NCBI GenBank assembly: GCA_964016885.1
Contig: CAXHJY010001008.1
Location: 1-20,540, forward strand
Length of the DNA: 20,540 nt
Reading direction: 5' to 3'
From: Eledone cirrhosa
Lineage: Eukaryota
Part shown: piece by piece, positions 1 to 12,890 of the stretch
Layout: every line of letters begins with the position of its first letter
How positions within the stretch are numbered: position 1 is the first letter of the stretch
Position numbers and translations under genes: made by a program
Notes under the pieces: model-generated
Databases searched by the model: none
What the model was told of the DNA's origin: nothing
The model's input: the letters and a program-made list of their open reading frames with translations, nothing else

Positions 1-2900
1 TTTCGACTTACAAGTGATTCGACTTACGAGTGTTTCGACTTACGAGTGTTCTGACTTACGAGTGTTCTGATTTACGAGTGTTTTGACTTACGGTGTTTCG
101 GCTTACGAGTGATTCGACTTACGAATGTTTTGACTTACGGGTGTTTCGGCTTGCGAGTGTTTCGACTTACGAGTGTTTCGACTTACGAGTGTTTCGACTT
201 ACGAGTGTTTTGACTTACGAGTGTTTTGACTTAAGGGTGTTTCGACTTACGAGTATTTTTGGCTTACGAGTGTTTCGACTTACGAGTGTTTTGACTTACG
301 AGTGTTCTGATTTACGGATGTTTCGACATACGAGTGTTTCGACTTACGAGTGTTTCGACTTATGAGTGTTTCGACTTACGAGTGTTTCGGCTTATGAGTG
401 TTTCGACTTACGAGTATTTCGGCCTACGAGTGTTTCGACGTACGAATGTTTTGGCTTACGAGTGTTTCGGCTTATGAGTGTTTCGACTTCCGAGTGTTTC
501 GACTTACGGGTGTTTTGACTTACGGGTGTTTCGGCTTACGAGTGTTTTGACTTACGAGTGTTTTGAATTAAGGGTGTTTCGACTTACGAGTATTTTTGGC
601 TTACGAGTGTTTCGACTTACGAGTGTTTTGACTTACGAGTGTTCTGATTTACGGATGTTTCGACATACGAGTGTTTCGACTTACGAGTGTTTCGACTTAT
701 GAGTGTTTCGACTTACGAGTGTTTCGACTTACGAGTGTTTTGACTTACGGTATTTCGGCTTACGAGTGTTTCGACATACGAGTTTTGACGTACGGGTGTT
801 TCGACTTACGGGTCTTTCGAGTTAAGAGTGTTTCGACTTACGAGCGCTTCGACTTACGAGTGTTTCGACTTACGAGTGTTTCGGCGTATGAGTGTTTTGA
901 CTTACGAGTGTTTCGACTTACGAGTGTTTTGACTTACGAGTGTTTTGACTTACGGTGTTTCTGCTTACGAGTGTTTCGACTTACGAGTGTTATGACTTAC
1001 GGGTGTTTTCACATACGAGTGTTTCGACTTACGAGTGTTTTGACTTACGGGTGTTTTGACATACGAGTGTTTCGATACGAGTGTTCTGACTTACGAGTGT
1101 TCTGATTTACGAGTGTTCTGACTTACGAGTGTTTCGACATACGAGTGTTTTGACTTACGAATGTTTTGACTTACGGGTGTTTCGGCTTACGAGTGTTTCG
1201 ACTTACGAGTGTTTCGGCTTACGAGTGTTTCGACTTACTAATGTTTTTGCTTACGAGTGTTTCGGCGTACGAGTGTTTCGACTTCCGAGTGTTTCGACTT
1301 ACGAGTGTTTTGACTTACGGGTGTTTTGACATACGAGTGTTTCGATACGAGTGTTCTGACTTACGAGTGTTCTGATTTACGAGTGTTCTGACTTACGAGT
1401 GTTTCGACATACGAGTGTTTTGACTTACGAATGTTTTGACTTACGGGTGTTTCGGCTTACGAGTGTTTCGACTTACGAGTGTTTCGGCTTACGAGTGTTT
1501 CGACTTACTAATGTTTTTGCTTACGAGTGTTTCGGCGTACGAGTGTTTCGACTTCCGAGTGTTTCGACTTACGGGTGTTTTGACTTACGGGTGTTTCGGC
1601 TTACGAGTGTTTTGACTTACGAGTGTTTTGACTTAAGGGTGTTTCGACTTACGAGTATTTTTGGCTTACGAGTGTTTCGACTTACGAGTGTTTTGACTTA
1701 CGAGTGTTCTGATTTACGGATGTTTCGACATACGAGTGTTTCGACTTACGAGTGTTTCGACTTATGAGTGTTTCGACTTACGAGTGTTTCGACTTACGAG
1801 TGTTTCGGCTTATGATTGTTTCGACTTACGAGTGTTTTGACTTACGGTGTTTCAGCTTACGAGTGTTTCGACTTACGAGTGTTTTGACTTACGGGTGTTT
1901 AGAAATACGAGTGTTTCGATACGAGTGTTCTGACTTACGAGTGTTCTGACTTACGAGTGTTTTGACTTACGAGTGTTCTGACTTACGAGTGTTCCGACTT
2001 ACGAGTGTTCCGACTTACAAGTGTTTCGGCTTACGAGTGTTTCCGGCTTACGAGTGTTTCGACTTACGAGTGTTTTGACTTACGGTGTTTCGGCTTACGA
2101 GTGATTCGACTTACGAGTGTTTTGACTTACGGGTGTTGTGAATTACGAGTGTTCCGATTTACGTGTGTTTTGACTTACGGTGTTTCGGCTTACGAGTGAT
2201 TCGACTTACGAATGTTTTGACTTACGGGTGTTTCGGCTTGCGAGTGTTTCGACTTACGAGTGTTTCGGCTTATGAGTGTTTCGACTTACTAATGTTTTTA
2301 CTTACGAGTGTTCTGACTTACGAGTGTTCCGACTTACGAGTGTTCCGACTTACGAGTGTTTCGGCTTACGAGTGTTTCCGGCTTACGAGTGTTTCGACTT
2401 ACGAGTGTTTCGACTTACGAGTGTTTTGACTTACGGTGTTTCGACTTACGAGTGATTCGACTTACGAGTGTTTTGACTTACGGGTCTTTTGACTTACGGG
2501 TGTTGTGAATTACTAGTGTTCCGATTTACGAGTGTTTTGACTTACGGTGTTTCGGCTTACGAGTGATTCGACTTACGAATGTTTTGACTTACGGGTGTTT
2601 CGGCTTGCTAGTGTTTCGACTTACGAGTGTTTCGGCTTATGAGTGTTTCGACTTACTACTGTTTTTACTTACGAGTGTTTCGGCGTACGAGTGTTTTGAC
2701 TTACGAGTGTTTCGAATTACGAGTGTTTTGACATACGAATGTTTTGACTTACGGATGTTTCGGCTTACGAGTGTTTCGACTTACGAGTGTTTCGGCTTGC
2801 GATGTTTCGACTTACTAATGTTTTTACTTACGAGTTTTTCGGCGTACGAGTGTTTCGACTTACGAGTGTTTCGACTTACGGGTGTTTTGACTTAAGGGTG
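1..2900. repeat. Higher-order repeat A, copy 1 (2900 bp)
   Basis: Rare marker tttcgacttacaagtgattcg starts at 1, 2901, 5531 and 8298. Identical ORF translations recur at +2900 (93/2993, 478/3378, 671/3571). The phase of the unit is set arbitrarily by the window start. Confidence 0.95.
1016..1573. repeat. 270-bp (17-monomer) tandem duplication private to HOR A copy 1
   Basis: 1016-1303 matches 1286-1573. 270 = 16x16 + one 14-bp monomer. ORF offset between A1 and A2 drops from 2900 to 2630 across this region (1129 and 1399 both map to 4029). Confidence 0.93.
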
Positions 2901-5530
2901 TTTCGACTTACAAGTGATTCGACTTACGAGTGTTTCGACTTACGAGTGTTCTGACTTACGAGTGTTCTGATTTACGAGTGTTTTGACTTACGGTGTTTCG
3001 GCTTACGAGTGATTCGACTTACGAATGTTTTGACTTACGGGTGTTTCGGCTTGCGAGTGTTTCGACTTACGAGTGTTTCGACTTACGAGTGTTTCGACTT
3101 ACGAGTGTTTTGACTTACGAGTGTTTTGACTTAAGGGTGTTTCGACTTACGAGTATTTTTGGCTTACGAGTGTTTCGACTTACGAGTGTTTTGACTTACG
3201 AGTGTTCTGATTTACGGATGTTTCGACATACGAGTGTTTCGACTTACGAGTGTTTCGACTTATGAGTGTTTCGACTTACGAGTGTTTCGGCTTATGAGTG
3301 TTTCGACTTACGAGTATTTCGGCCTACGAGTGTTTCGACGTACGAATGTTTTGGCTTACGAGTGTTTCGGCTTATGAGTGTTTCGACTTCCGAGTGTTTC
3401 GACTTACGGGTGTTTTGACTTACGGGTGTTTCGGCTTACGAGTGTTTTGACTTACGAGTGTTTTGAATTAAGGGTGTTTCGACTTACGAGTATTTTTGGC
3501 TTACGAGTGTTTCGACTTACGAGTGTTTTGACTTACGAGTGTTCTGATTTACGGATGTTTCGACATACGAGTGTTTCGACTTACGAGTGTTTCGACTTAT
3601 GAGTGTTTCGACTTACGAGTGTTTCGACTTACGAGTGTTTTGACTTACGGTATTTCGGCTTACGAGTGTTTCGACATACGAGTTTTGACGTACGGGTGTT
3701 TCGACTTACGGGTCTTTCGAGTTAAGAGTGTTTCGACTTACGAGCGCTTCGACTTACGAGTGTTTCGACTTACGAGTGTTTCGGCGTATGAGTGTTTTGA
3801 CTTACGAGTGTTTCGACTTACGAGTGTTTTGACTTACGAGTGTTTTGACTTACGGTGTTTCTGCTTACGAGTGTTTCGACTTACGAGTGTTATGACTTAC
3901 GGGTGTTTTCACATACGAGTGTTTCGACTTACGAGTGTTTTGACTTACGGGTGTTTTGACATACGAGTGTTTCGATACGAGTGTTCTGACTTACGAGTGT
4001 TCTGATTTACGAGTGTTCTGACTTACGAGTGTTTCGACATACGAGTGTTTTGACTTACGAATGTTTTGACTTACGGGTGTTTCGGCTTACGAGTGTTTCG
4101 ACTTACGAGTGTTTCGGCTTACGAGTGTTTCGACTTACTAATGTTTTTGCTTACGAGTGTTTCGGCGTACGAGTGTTTCGACTTCCGAGTGTTTCGACTT
4201 ACGGGTGTTTTGACTTACGGGTGTTTCGGCTTACGAGTGTTTTGACTTACGAGTGTTTTGACTTAAGGGTGTTTCGACTTACGAGTATTTTTGGCTTACG
4301 AGTGTTTCGACTTACGAGTGTTTTGACTTACGAGTGTTCTGATTTACGGATGTTTCGACATACGAGTGTTTCGACTTACGAGTGTTTCGACTTATGAGTG
4401 TTTCGACTTACGAGTGTTTCGACTTACGAGTGTTTCGGCTTATGATTGTTTCGACTTACGAGTGTTTTGACTTACGGTGTTTCAGCTTACGAGTGTTTCG
4501 ACTTACGAGTGTTTTGACTTACGGGTGTTTTGAAATACGAGTGTTTCGATACGAGTGTTCTGACTTACGAGTGTTCTGACTTACGAGTGTTTTGACTTAC
4601 GAGTGTTCTGACTTACGAGTGTTCCGACTTACGAGTGTTCCGACTTACAAGTGTTTCGGCTTACGAGTGTTTCCGGCTTACGAGTGTTTCGACTTACGAG
4701 TGTTTTGACTTACGGTGTTTCGGCTTACGAGTGATTCGACTTACGAGTGTTTTGACTTACGGGTGTTGTGAATTACGAGTGTTCCGATTTACGTGTGTTT
4801 TGACTTACGGTGTTTCGGCTTACGAGTGATTCGACTTACGAATGTTTTGACTTACGGGTGTTTCGGCTTGCGAGTGTTTCGACTTACGAGTGTTTCGGCT
4901 TATGAGTGTTTCGACTTACTAATGTTTTTACTTACGAGTGTTCTGACTTACGAGTGTTCCGACTTACGAGTGTTCCGACTTACGAGTGTTTCGGCTTACG
5001 AGTGTTTCCGGCTTACGAGTGTTTCGACTTACGAGTGTTTCGACTTACGAGTGTTTTGACTTACGGTGTTTCGACTTACGAGTGATTCGACTTACGAGTG
5101 TTTTGACTTACGGGTCTTTTGACTTACGGGTGTTATGAATTACTAGTGTTCCGATTTACGAGTGTTTTGACTTACGGTGTTTCGGCTTACGAGTGATTCG
5201 ACTTACGAATGTTTTGACTTACGGGTGTTTCGGCTTGCTAGTGTTTCGACTTACGAGTGTTTCGGCTTATGAGTGTTTCGACTTACTACTGTTTTTACTT
5301 ACGAGTGTTTCGGCGTACGAGTGTTTTGACTTACGAGTGTTTCGAATTACGAGTGTTTTGACATACGAATGTTTTGACTTACGGATGTTTCGGCTTACGA
5401 GTGTTTCGACTTACGAGTGTTTCGGCTTGCGATGTTTCGACTTACTAATGTTTTTACTTACGAGTTTTTCGGCGTACGAGTGTTTCGACTTACGAGTGTT
5501 TCGACTTACGGGTGTTTTGACTTAAGGGTG
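2901..5530. repeat. Higher-order repeat A, copy 2 (2630 bp)
   Basis: Collinear with 1-2900 except for the 270-bp duplication. I found substitutions only at 1901/4531 (a/t) and 2505/5135 (g/a) by eye. ORFs recur at +2630 (1752/4382, 2005/4635, 2563/5193). Confidence 0.95.
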
Positions 5531-8297
5531 TTTCGACTTACAAGTGATTCGACTTACGAGTGTTTCGACTTACGAGTGTTCTGACTTACGAGTGTTCTGA
5601 TTGACGAGTGTTTTGACTTACGGTGTTTCGGCTTACGAGTGATTCGACTTACGAATGTTTTGACTTACGGGTGTTTCGGCTTGCGAGTGTTTCGACTTAC
5701 GAGTATTTTTGGCTTACGAGTGTTTCGACTTACGAGTGTTTTGACTTACGAGTGTTCTGATTTACGGATGTTTCGACATACGAGTGTTTCGACTTACGAG
5801 TGTTTCGACTTATGAGTGTTTCGACTTACGAGTATTTCGGCTTACGAGTGTTTCGACGTACGAATGTTTTGGCTTACGAGTGTTTCGGCTTATGAGTGTT
5901 TCGGCTTACGAGTGTTTCGACTTACGAGTGTTTCGGCTTACGAGTGTTTCAGTGGTTCGGCTTACGTGTGTTTCGACTTACGAGTGTTTCGAATTACGAC
6001 TGTTTCGGCTTACGAGTGTTTAGGCTTACGAGTGTTTCGGCGTACGAGTGTTTTGACTTACGATTTTTGACTTACGATTGTTTGGCTTACGAGTGTTCTG
6101 ACTTACGGGTGTTCTGACTTACGAGTGTTCCGACTTACGAGTGTTTCGGCTTATGAGTGTTTCGACTTACGAGTGCTTCGGCTTACGAGTGTTTCGACTT
6201 ACGAGTGTTTCGGATTACGAGTGTTTCGACTTACGAGTGTTTTGACTTACGGTGTTTCGGCTTACGAGTGTTTCGACATACGAGTGTTTTGACGTACGGG
6301 TGTTTCGACTTACGGGTCTTTCGACTTAAGAGTGTTTCGACTTATGAGCGCTTCGACTTACGAGTGTTTCGACTTACGAGTGTTTCGGCGTATGAGTGTT
6401 TTGACTTACGAGTGTTTCGACTTACGAGTGTTTCGACTTACGAGTGTTTCGACTTACGAGTGTTTCGTCTTAGGAGTGTTTCGACTTACGAGTGTTTTGA
6501 CTTACGAGTGTTTTGACTTACGGTGTTTCTGCTTACGAGTGTTTCGACTTACGAGTGTTATGACTTACGGGTGTTTTCACATACGAGTGTTTCGACTTAC
6601 GAGTGTTCTGATTTACGAGTGTTCTGACTTACGAGTGTTTCGACATACGAGTGTTTTGACTTTCGAATGTTTTGACTTACGGGTGTTTCGGCTTACGAGT
6701 GTTTCGACTTACGAGTGTTTCGGCTTACGAGTGTTTCGACTTACTAATGTTTTTACTTACGAGTGTTTCGGCGTACGAGAGTTTTGACTTACGAGTGTTT
6801 CGACTTACGAGTGTTTCGACTTACGAGTATTTTGACTTACGAATGTTTTGACTTACGGGTGTTTCGGCTTACGAGTGTTTCGACTTACGAGTCTTTCGGC
6901 TTACGAGTGTTTCGACTTACTAATGTTTTTACTTACGAGTGTTTCGGCGTACGAGTGTTTCGACTACCGAGTGTTTCGACTTACGGGTGTTTTGACTTAC
7001 GGGTGTTTCGGCTTACGAGTGTTTTGACTTACGAGTGTTTTGACTTAAGGGTGTTTCGACTTACGAGTATTTTTGGCTTACGAGTGTTTCGACTTACGAG
7101 TGTTTTGACTTACGAGTGTTCTGATTTACGGATGTTTCGACTTACGAGTGTTTCGACTTATGAGTGTTTCGACTTACGAGTGTTTCGACTTACGAGTGTT
7201 TCGGCTTATGATTGTTTCGACTTACGAGTGTTTTGACTTACGGTGTTTCAGCTTACGAGTGTTTCGACTTACGAGTGTTTTGACTTACGGGTGTTTTGAA
7301 ATACGAGTGTTTCGATACGAGTGTTCTGACTTACGAGTGTTCTGACTTACGAGTGTTTTGACTTACGAGTGTTCTGACTTACGAGTGTTCCGACTTACGA
7401 GTGTTCCGACTTACGAGTGTTTCGGCTTACGAGTGTTTCCGGCTTACGAGTGTTTCGACTTACGAGTGTTTTGACTTACGGTGTTTCGGCTTACGAGTGA
7501 TTCGACATACGAGTGTTTTGACTTACGGGTGTTGTGAATTACGAGTGTTCCGATTTACGAGTGTTTTGACTTACGGTGTTTCGGCTTACGAGTGATTCGA
7601 CTTACGAATGTTTTGACTTACGGGTGTTTCGGCTTGCGAGTGTTTCGACTTACGAGTGTTTCGGCTTATGAGTGTTTCGACTTACTAATGTTTTTACTTA
7701 CGAGTGTTCTGACTTACGAGTGTTCCGACTTACGAGTGTTCCGACTTACGAGTGTTTCGGCTAACGAGTGTTTCCGGCTTACGAGTGTTTCGACTTACGA
7801 GTGTTTCGACTTACGAGTGTTTTGACTTACGGTGTTTCGACTTACGAGTGATTCGACTTACGAGTGTTTTGAATTACGGGTCTTTTGACTTACGGGTGTT
7901 GTGAATTACGAGTGTTCCGATTTACGAGTGTTTTGACTTACGGTGTTTCGGCTTACGAGTGATTCGACTTACGAATGTTTTGACTTTCGGGTGTTTCGGC
8001 TTGCTAGTGTTTCGACTTACGAGTGTTTCGGCTTATGAGTGTTTCGTCTTACTACTGTTTTTACTTACGAGTGTTTCGGCGTACGAGTGTTTTGACTTAC
8101 GAGTGTTTCGAATTACGAGTGTTTTGACATACGAATGTTTTGACTTACGGATGTTTCGGCTTACGAGTGTTTCGACTTACGAGTGTTTCGGCTTGCGAGT
8201 GTTTCGACTTACTAATGTTTTTACTTACGAGTTTTTCGGCGTACGAGTGTTTCGACTTACGAGTGTTTCGACTTACGGGTGTTTTGACTTAAGGGTG
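5531..8297. repeat. Higher-order repeat A, diverged/mosaic copy 3 (2767 bp)
   Basis: Bounded by the same acaagtgattcg marker. The 3' half is collinear with A2 at +2766 (4382/7148, 4635/7401, 5193/7959). The 5' half is rearranged and has modules absent from A1/A2. Confidence 0.85.
6654..6955. repeat. 176-bp (11-monomer) internal duplication, also present in HOR B and D copies
   Basis: gaatgttttgacttacggg at 6665 and 6841; ttactaatgtttttac at 6741 and 6917. The same 176-bp spacing of the ctaatg marker is seen at 9661/9837 and 13866/14042. Confidence 0.8.
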
Positions 8298-8399
8298 TTT
8301 CGACTTACAAGTGATTCGACTTACGAGTGTTTCGACTTACGAGTGTTCTGATTTACGAGTGTTCTGATTTACGGATGTTTCGACATACGAGTGTTTCGA

Positions 8400-11300
8400 C
8401 TTACGAGTGTTTCGACTTAGGAGTGTTTTGACTTACGGGTGTTATGACATACGAGTGTTTCGATACGAGTGTTCTGACTTACGAGTGTTCTGACTTACGA
8501 GTGTTTTGACTTACGAGTGTTCTGACTTACGAGTGTTCCGACTTACGAGTGTTCCGACTTACGAGTGTTTCGGCTTACGAGTGTTTCCGGCTTACGAGTG
8601 TTTCGACTTCCGAGTGTTTTGACTTACGGTGTTTCGGCTTACGAGTGATTCGACTTACGAGTGTTTTGACTTACGGGTGATTTGACTTACGGGTGTTGTG
8701 AATTATGAGTGTTCCGATTTACGAGTGTTTTGACTTACGGTGTTTCGGCTTACGAGTGATTCGACTTACGAATGTTTTGACTTACGGGTGTTTCGGCTTA
8801 CGAGTGTTTCGACTTACGACTGTTTCGGCTTACGAGTGTTTCGGCTTACGAGTGTTTCGGCTTACGAGTGTTTTGACTTACGAGTGTTTTGACTTACGAT
8901 TGTTTGGCTTACGAGTGTTCTGACTTACGGGTGTTCTGACTTACGAGTGTTCCGACTTACGTGTGTTTCGGCTTATGAGGGTTTCGACTTACGAGTGCTT
9001 CGGCTTACGAGTGTTTCGACTTACGAGTGTTTCGGCTTACGAGTGTTTCGACTTACGAGTTGTTCGACTTACGAGTGTTTTGACTTACGGTGTTTCGGCT
9101 TACGAGTGTTTCGACATACGAGTGTTTTGACGTACGGGTGTTTCGACTTACGGGTCTTTCGACTTAAGAGTGTTTCGACTTACGAGCGCTTCGACTTACG
9201 AGTGTTTCGACTTACGAGTGTTTCGGCGTATGAGTGTTTTGACTTACGAGTGTTTCGACTTACGAGTGTTTCGACTTACGAGTGTTTCGAATTACGAGTG
9301 TTTCGACTTACGAGTGTTTTGACTTACGAGTGTTTTGACTTACGGTGTCTCTGCTTACGAGTATTTCGACTTACGAGTGTTATGGCTTACGGGTGTTTTC
9401 ACATACGAGTGTTTCGACTTACGAGTGTTTTGACTTACGGGTGTTTTGACATACGAGTGTTTCGATACGAGTGTTCTGACTTACGAGTGTTCTGACTTAC
9501 GAGTGTTCTGACTTACGAGTGTTTCGACATACGAGTGTTTTGACTTACGGGTGTTTCGACTTACGAGTGTTTTGACGTACGAATGTTTTGACTTACGGGT
9601 GTTTCGGCTTACGAGTGTTTCGACTTACGAGTGTTTCGGCTTACGAGTGTTTCGACTTACTAATGTTTTTACTTACGAGTGTTTCGGCGTACGAGAGTTT
9701 TGACTTACGAGTGTTTCGACTTACGAGTTTTTCGACTTACGAGTATTTTGACTTACGAATGTTTTGACTTACGGGTGTTTCGGCTTACGAGTGTTTCGAC
9801 TTACGAGTCTTTCGGCTTACGAGTGTTTCGACTTACTAATGTTTTTACTTACGAGTGTTTCGGCGTACGAGTGTTTCGACTTCCGAGTGTTTCGACTTAC
9901 GGGTGTTTTGACTTACGGGTGTTTCGGCTTACGAGTGTTTTGACATACGAGTGTTTTGACTTACGGGTGTTTCGACTTACGAGTGTTCTGATTTACGGAT
10001 GTTTCGACATACGAGTGTTTCGACTTACGAGTGTTTCGACTTATGAGTGTTTCGACTTACGAGTGTTTCGACTTACGAGTGTTTCGGCTTATGATTGTTT
10101 CGACTTACGAGTGTTTTGACTTACGGTGTTTCAGCTTACGAGTGTTTCGACTTACGAGTGTTTTGACTTACGGGTGTTTTGACATACGAGTGTTTCGATA
10201 CGAGTGTTCTGACTTACGAGTGTTCTGACTTACGAGTGTTTTGACTTACGAGTGTTCTGACTTACGAGTGTTCCGACTTACGAGTGTTCCGACTTACGAG
10301 TGTTTCGGCTTACGAGTGTTTCCGGCTTACGAGTGTTTCGACTTACGAGTGTTTTGACTTACGGTGTTTCGGCTTACGAGTGATTCGACTTACGAGTGTT
10401 TTGACTTACGGGTGATTTGACTTACGGGTGTTGTGAATTATGAGTGTTCCGATTTACGAGTGTTTTGACTTACGGTGTTTCGGCTTACGAGTGATTCGAC
10501 TTACGAATGTTTTGACTTACGGGTGTTTCGGCTTACGAGTGTTTCGACTTACGACTGTTTCGGCTTACGAGTGTTTCGGCTTACGAGTGTTTCGGCTTAC
10601 GAGTGTTTTGACTTACGAGTGTTTTGACTTACGATTGTTTGGCTTACGAGTGTTCTGACTTACGGGTGTTCTGACTTACGAGTGTTCCGACTTACGAGTG
10701 TTTCGGCTCATGAGGGTTTCGACTTACGAGTGCTTCGGCTTACGAGTGTTTCGACTTACGAGTGTTTCGGCTTACGAGTGTTTCGACTTACGAGTTGTTC
10801 GACTTACGAGTGTTTTGACTTACGGTGTTTCGGCTTACGAGTGTTTCGACATACGAGTGTTTTGACGTACGGGTGTTTCGACTTACGGGTCTTTCGACTT
10901 AAGAGTGTTTCGACTTACGAGCGCTTCGACTTACGAGTGTTTCGACTTACGAGTGTTTCGGCGTATGAGTGTTTTGACTTACGAGTGTTTCGACTTACGA
11001 GTGTTTCGACTTACGAGTGTTTCGAATTACGAGTGTTTCGACTTACGAGTGTTTTGACTTACGAGTGTTTTGACTTACGGTGTCTCTGCTTACGAGTATT
11101 TCGACTTACGAGTGTTATGGCTTACGGGTGTTTTCACATACGAGTGTTTCGACTTACGAGTGTTTTGACTTACGGGTGTTTTGACATACGAGTGTTTCGA
11201 TACGAGTGTTCTGACTTACGAGTGTTCTGACTTACGAGTGTTCTGACTTACGAGTGTTTCGACATACGAGTGTTTTGACTTACGGGTGTTTCGACTTACG

Positions 11301-12086
11301 AGTGTTTTGACGTACGAATGTTTTGACTTACGGGTGTTTCGGCTTACGAGTGTTTCGACTTACGAGTGTTTCGGCTTACGAGTGTTTCGACTTACTAATG
11401 TTTTTACTTACGAGTGTTTCGGCGTACGAGAGTTTTGACTTACGAGTGTTTCGACTTACGAGTTTTTCGACTTACGAGTATTTTGACTTACGAATGTTTT
11501 GACTTACGGGTGTTTCGGCTTACGAGTGTTTCGACTTACGAGTCTTTCGGCTTACGAGTGTTTCGACTTACTAATGTTTTTACTTACGAGTGTTTCGGCG
11601 TACGAGTGTTTCGACTTCCGAGTGTTTCGACTTACGGGTGTTTTGACTTACGGGTGTTTCGGCTTACGAGTGTTTTGACATACGAGTGTTTTGACTTACG
11701 GGTGTTTCGACTTACGAGTGTTCTGATTTACGGATGTTTCGACATACGAGTGTTTCGACTTACGAGTGTTTCGACTTATGAGTGTTTCGACTTACGAGTG
11801 TTTCGACTTACGAGTGTTTCGGCTTATGATTGTTTCGACTTACGAGTGTTTTGACTTACGGTGTTTCAGCTTACGAGTGTTTCGACTTACGAGTGTTTTG
11901 ACTTACGGGTGTTTTGACATACGAGTGTTTCGATACGAGTGTTCTGACTTACGAGTGTTCTGACTTACGAGTGTTTTGACTTACGAGTGTTCTGACTTAC
12001 GAGTGTTCCGACTTACGAGTGTTCCGACTTACGAGTGTTTCGGCTTACGAGTGTTTCCGGCTTACGAGTGTTTCGACTTACGAGTG
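8400..12086. repeat. Higher-order repeat B, 1735-bp period, ~2.1 copies (about 8400-10134, 10135-11869, partial third)
   Basis: ORFs recur at +1735 (8705/10440, 8947/10682, 9679/11414, 10031/11766). Few differences seen, e.g. acttcc at ~8610, acgtgtg at ~8961, gctcatg at ~10709. Confidence 0.93.
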
Positions 12087-12890
12087 TATTGACTTACGGT
12101 GTTTCGGCTTACGAGTGATTCGACTTACGAGTGTTTTGACTTACGGGTGTTTTGACTTACGGGTGTTGTGAATTACGAGTGTTCCGATTTACGAGTGTTT
12201 TGACTTACGGTGTTTCGGCTTACGAGTGATTCGACTTACGAATGTTTTGACTTACGGGTGTTTCGGCTTGCGAGTGTTTCGACTTACGAGTGTTTCGGCT
12301 TATGAGTGTTTCGACTTACTAATGTTTTTACTTACGAGTGTTCTGACTTACGAGTGTTCCGACTTACGAGTGTTCCGACTTACGAGTGTTTCGGCTTACG
12401 AGTGTTTCCGGCTTGCGAGTGTTTCGACTTACGAGTGTTTCGGCTTATGGGTGTTTCGACTTACTAATGTTTTTACTTACGAGTGTTTCGGCGTACGAGT
12501 GTTTTGACTTACGAGTGTTTCGACTTACGAGTGTTTCGACTTACGAGTGTTTCGGCTTACGTGAGTTTCGACTTAAGAGTGTTCTGATTTACGAGTGTTC
12601 TGACTTGCGGGTGTTCTGATTTACGAGTGTTCCGACTTACGAGTGTTTCGGCTTATTAGTGTTTCGACTTACGAGTGTTTCGGCTTACGAGTGTTTCGAC
12701 TTATAGGTGTTTCGACTTACGAGTGTTTTTACTTACGGTGTTTCGGCTTACGAGTGTTTCGACATACGAGTGTTTTGACTTACGGGTGTTTCGACTTACG
12801 AGTGTTTTGACTTACGAATGTTTTGACTTACGGGTGTTTCGGCTTACGAGTGTTTCGACTTACGAGTGTTTCGGCTTACGAGTGTTTCGT

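Noticed and set aside
314-321. ACGGATGT as a true Candida-type telomerase repeat
   Set aside because: It is an 8-bp match in a minority variant, and the rest of the monomer does not match; chance similarity is sufficient.
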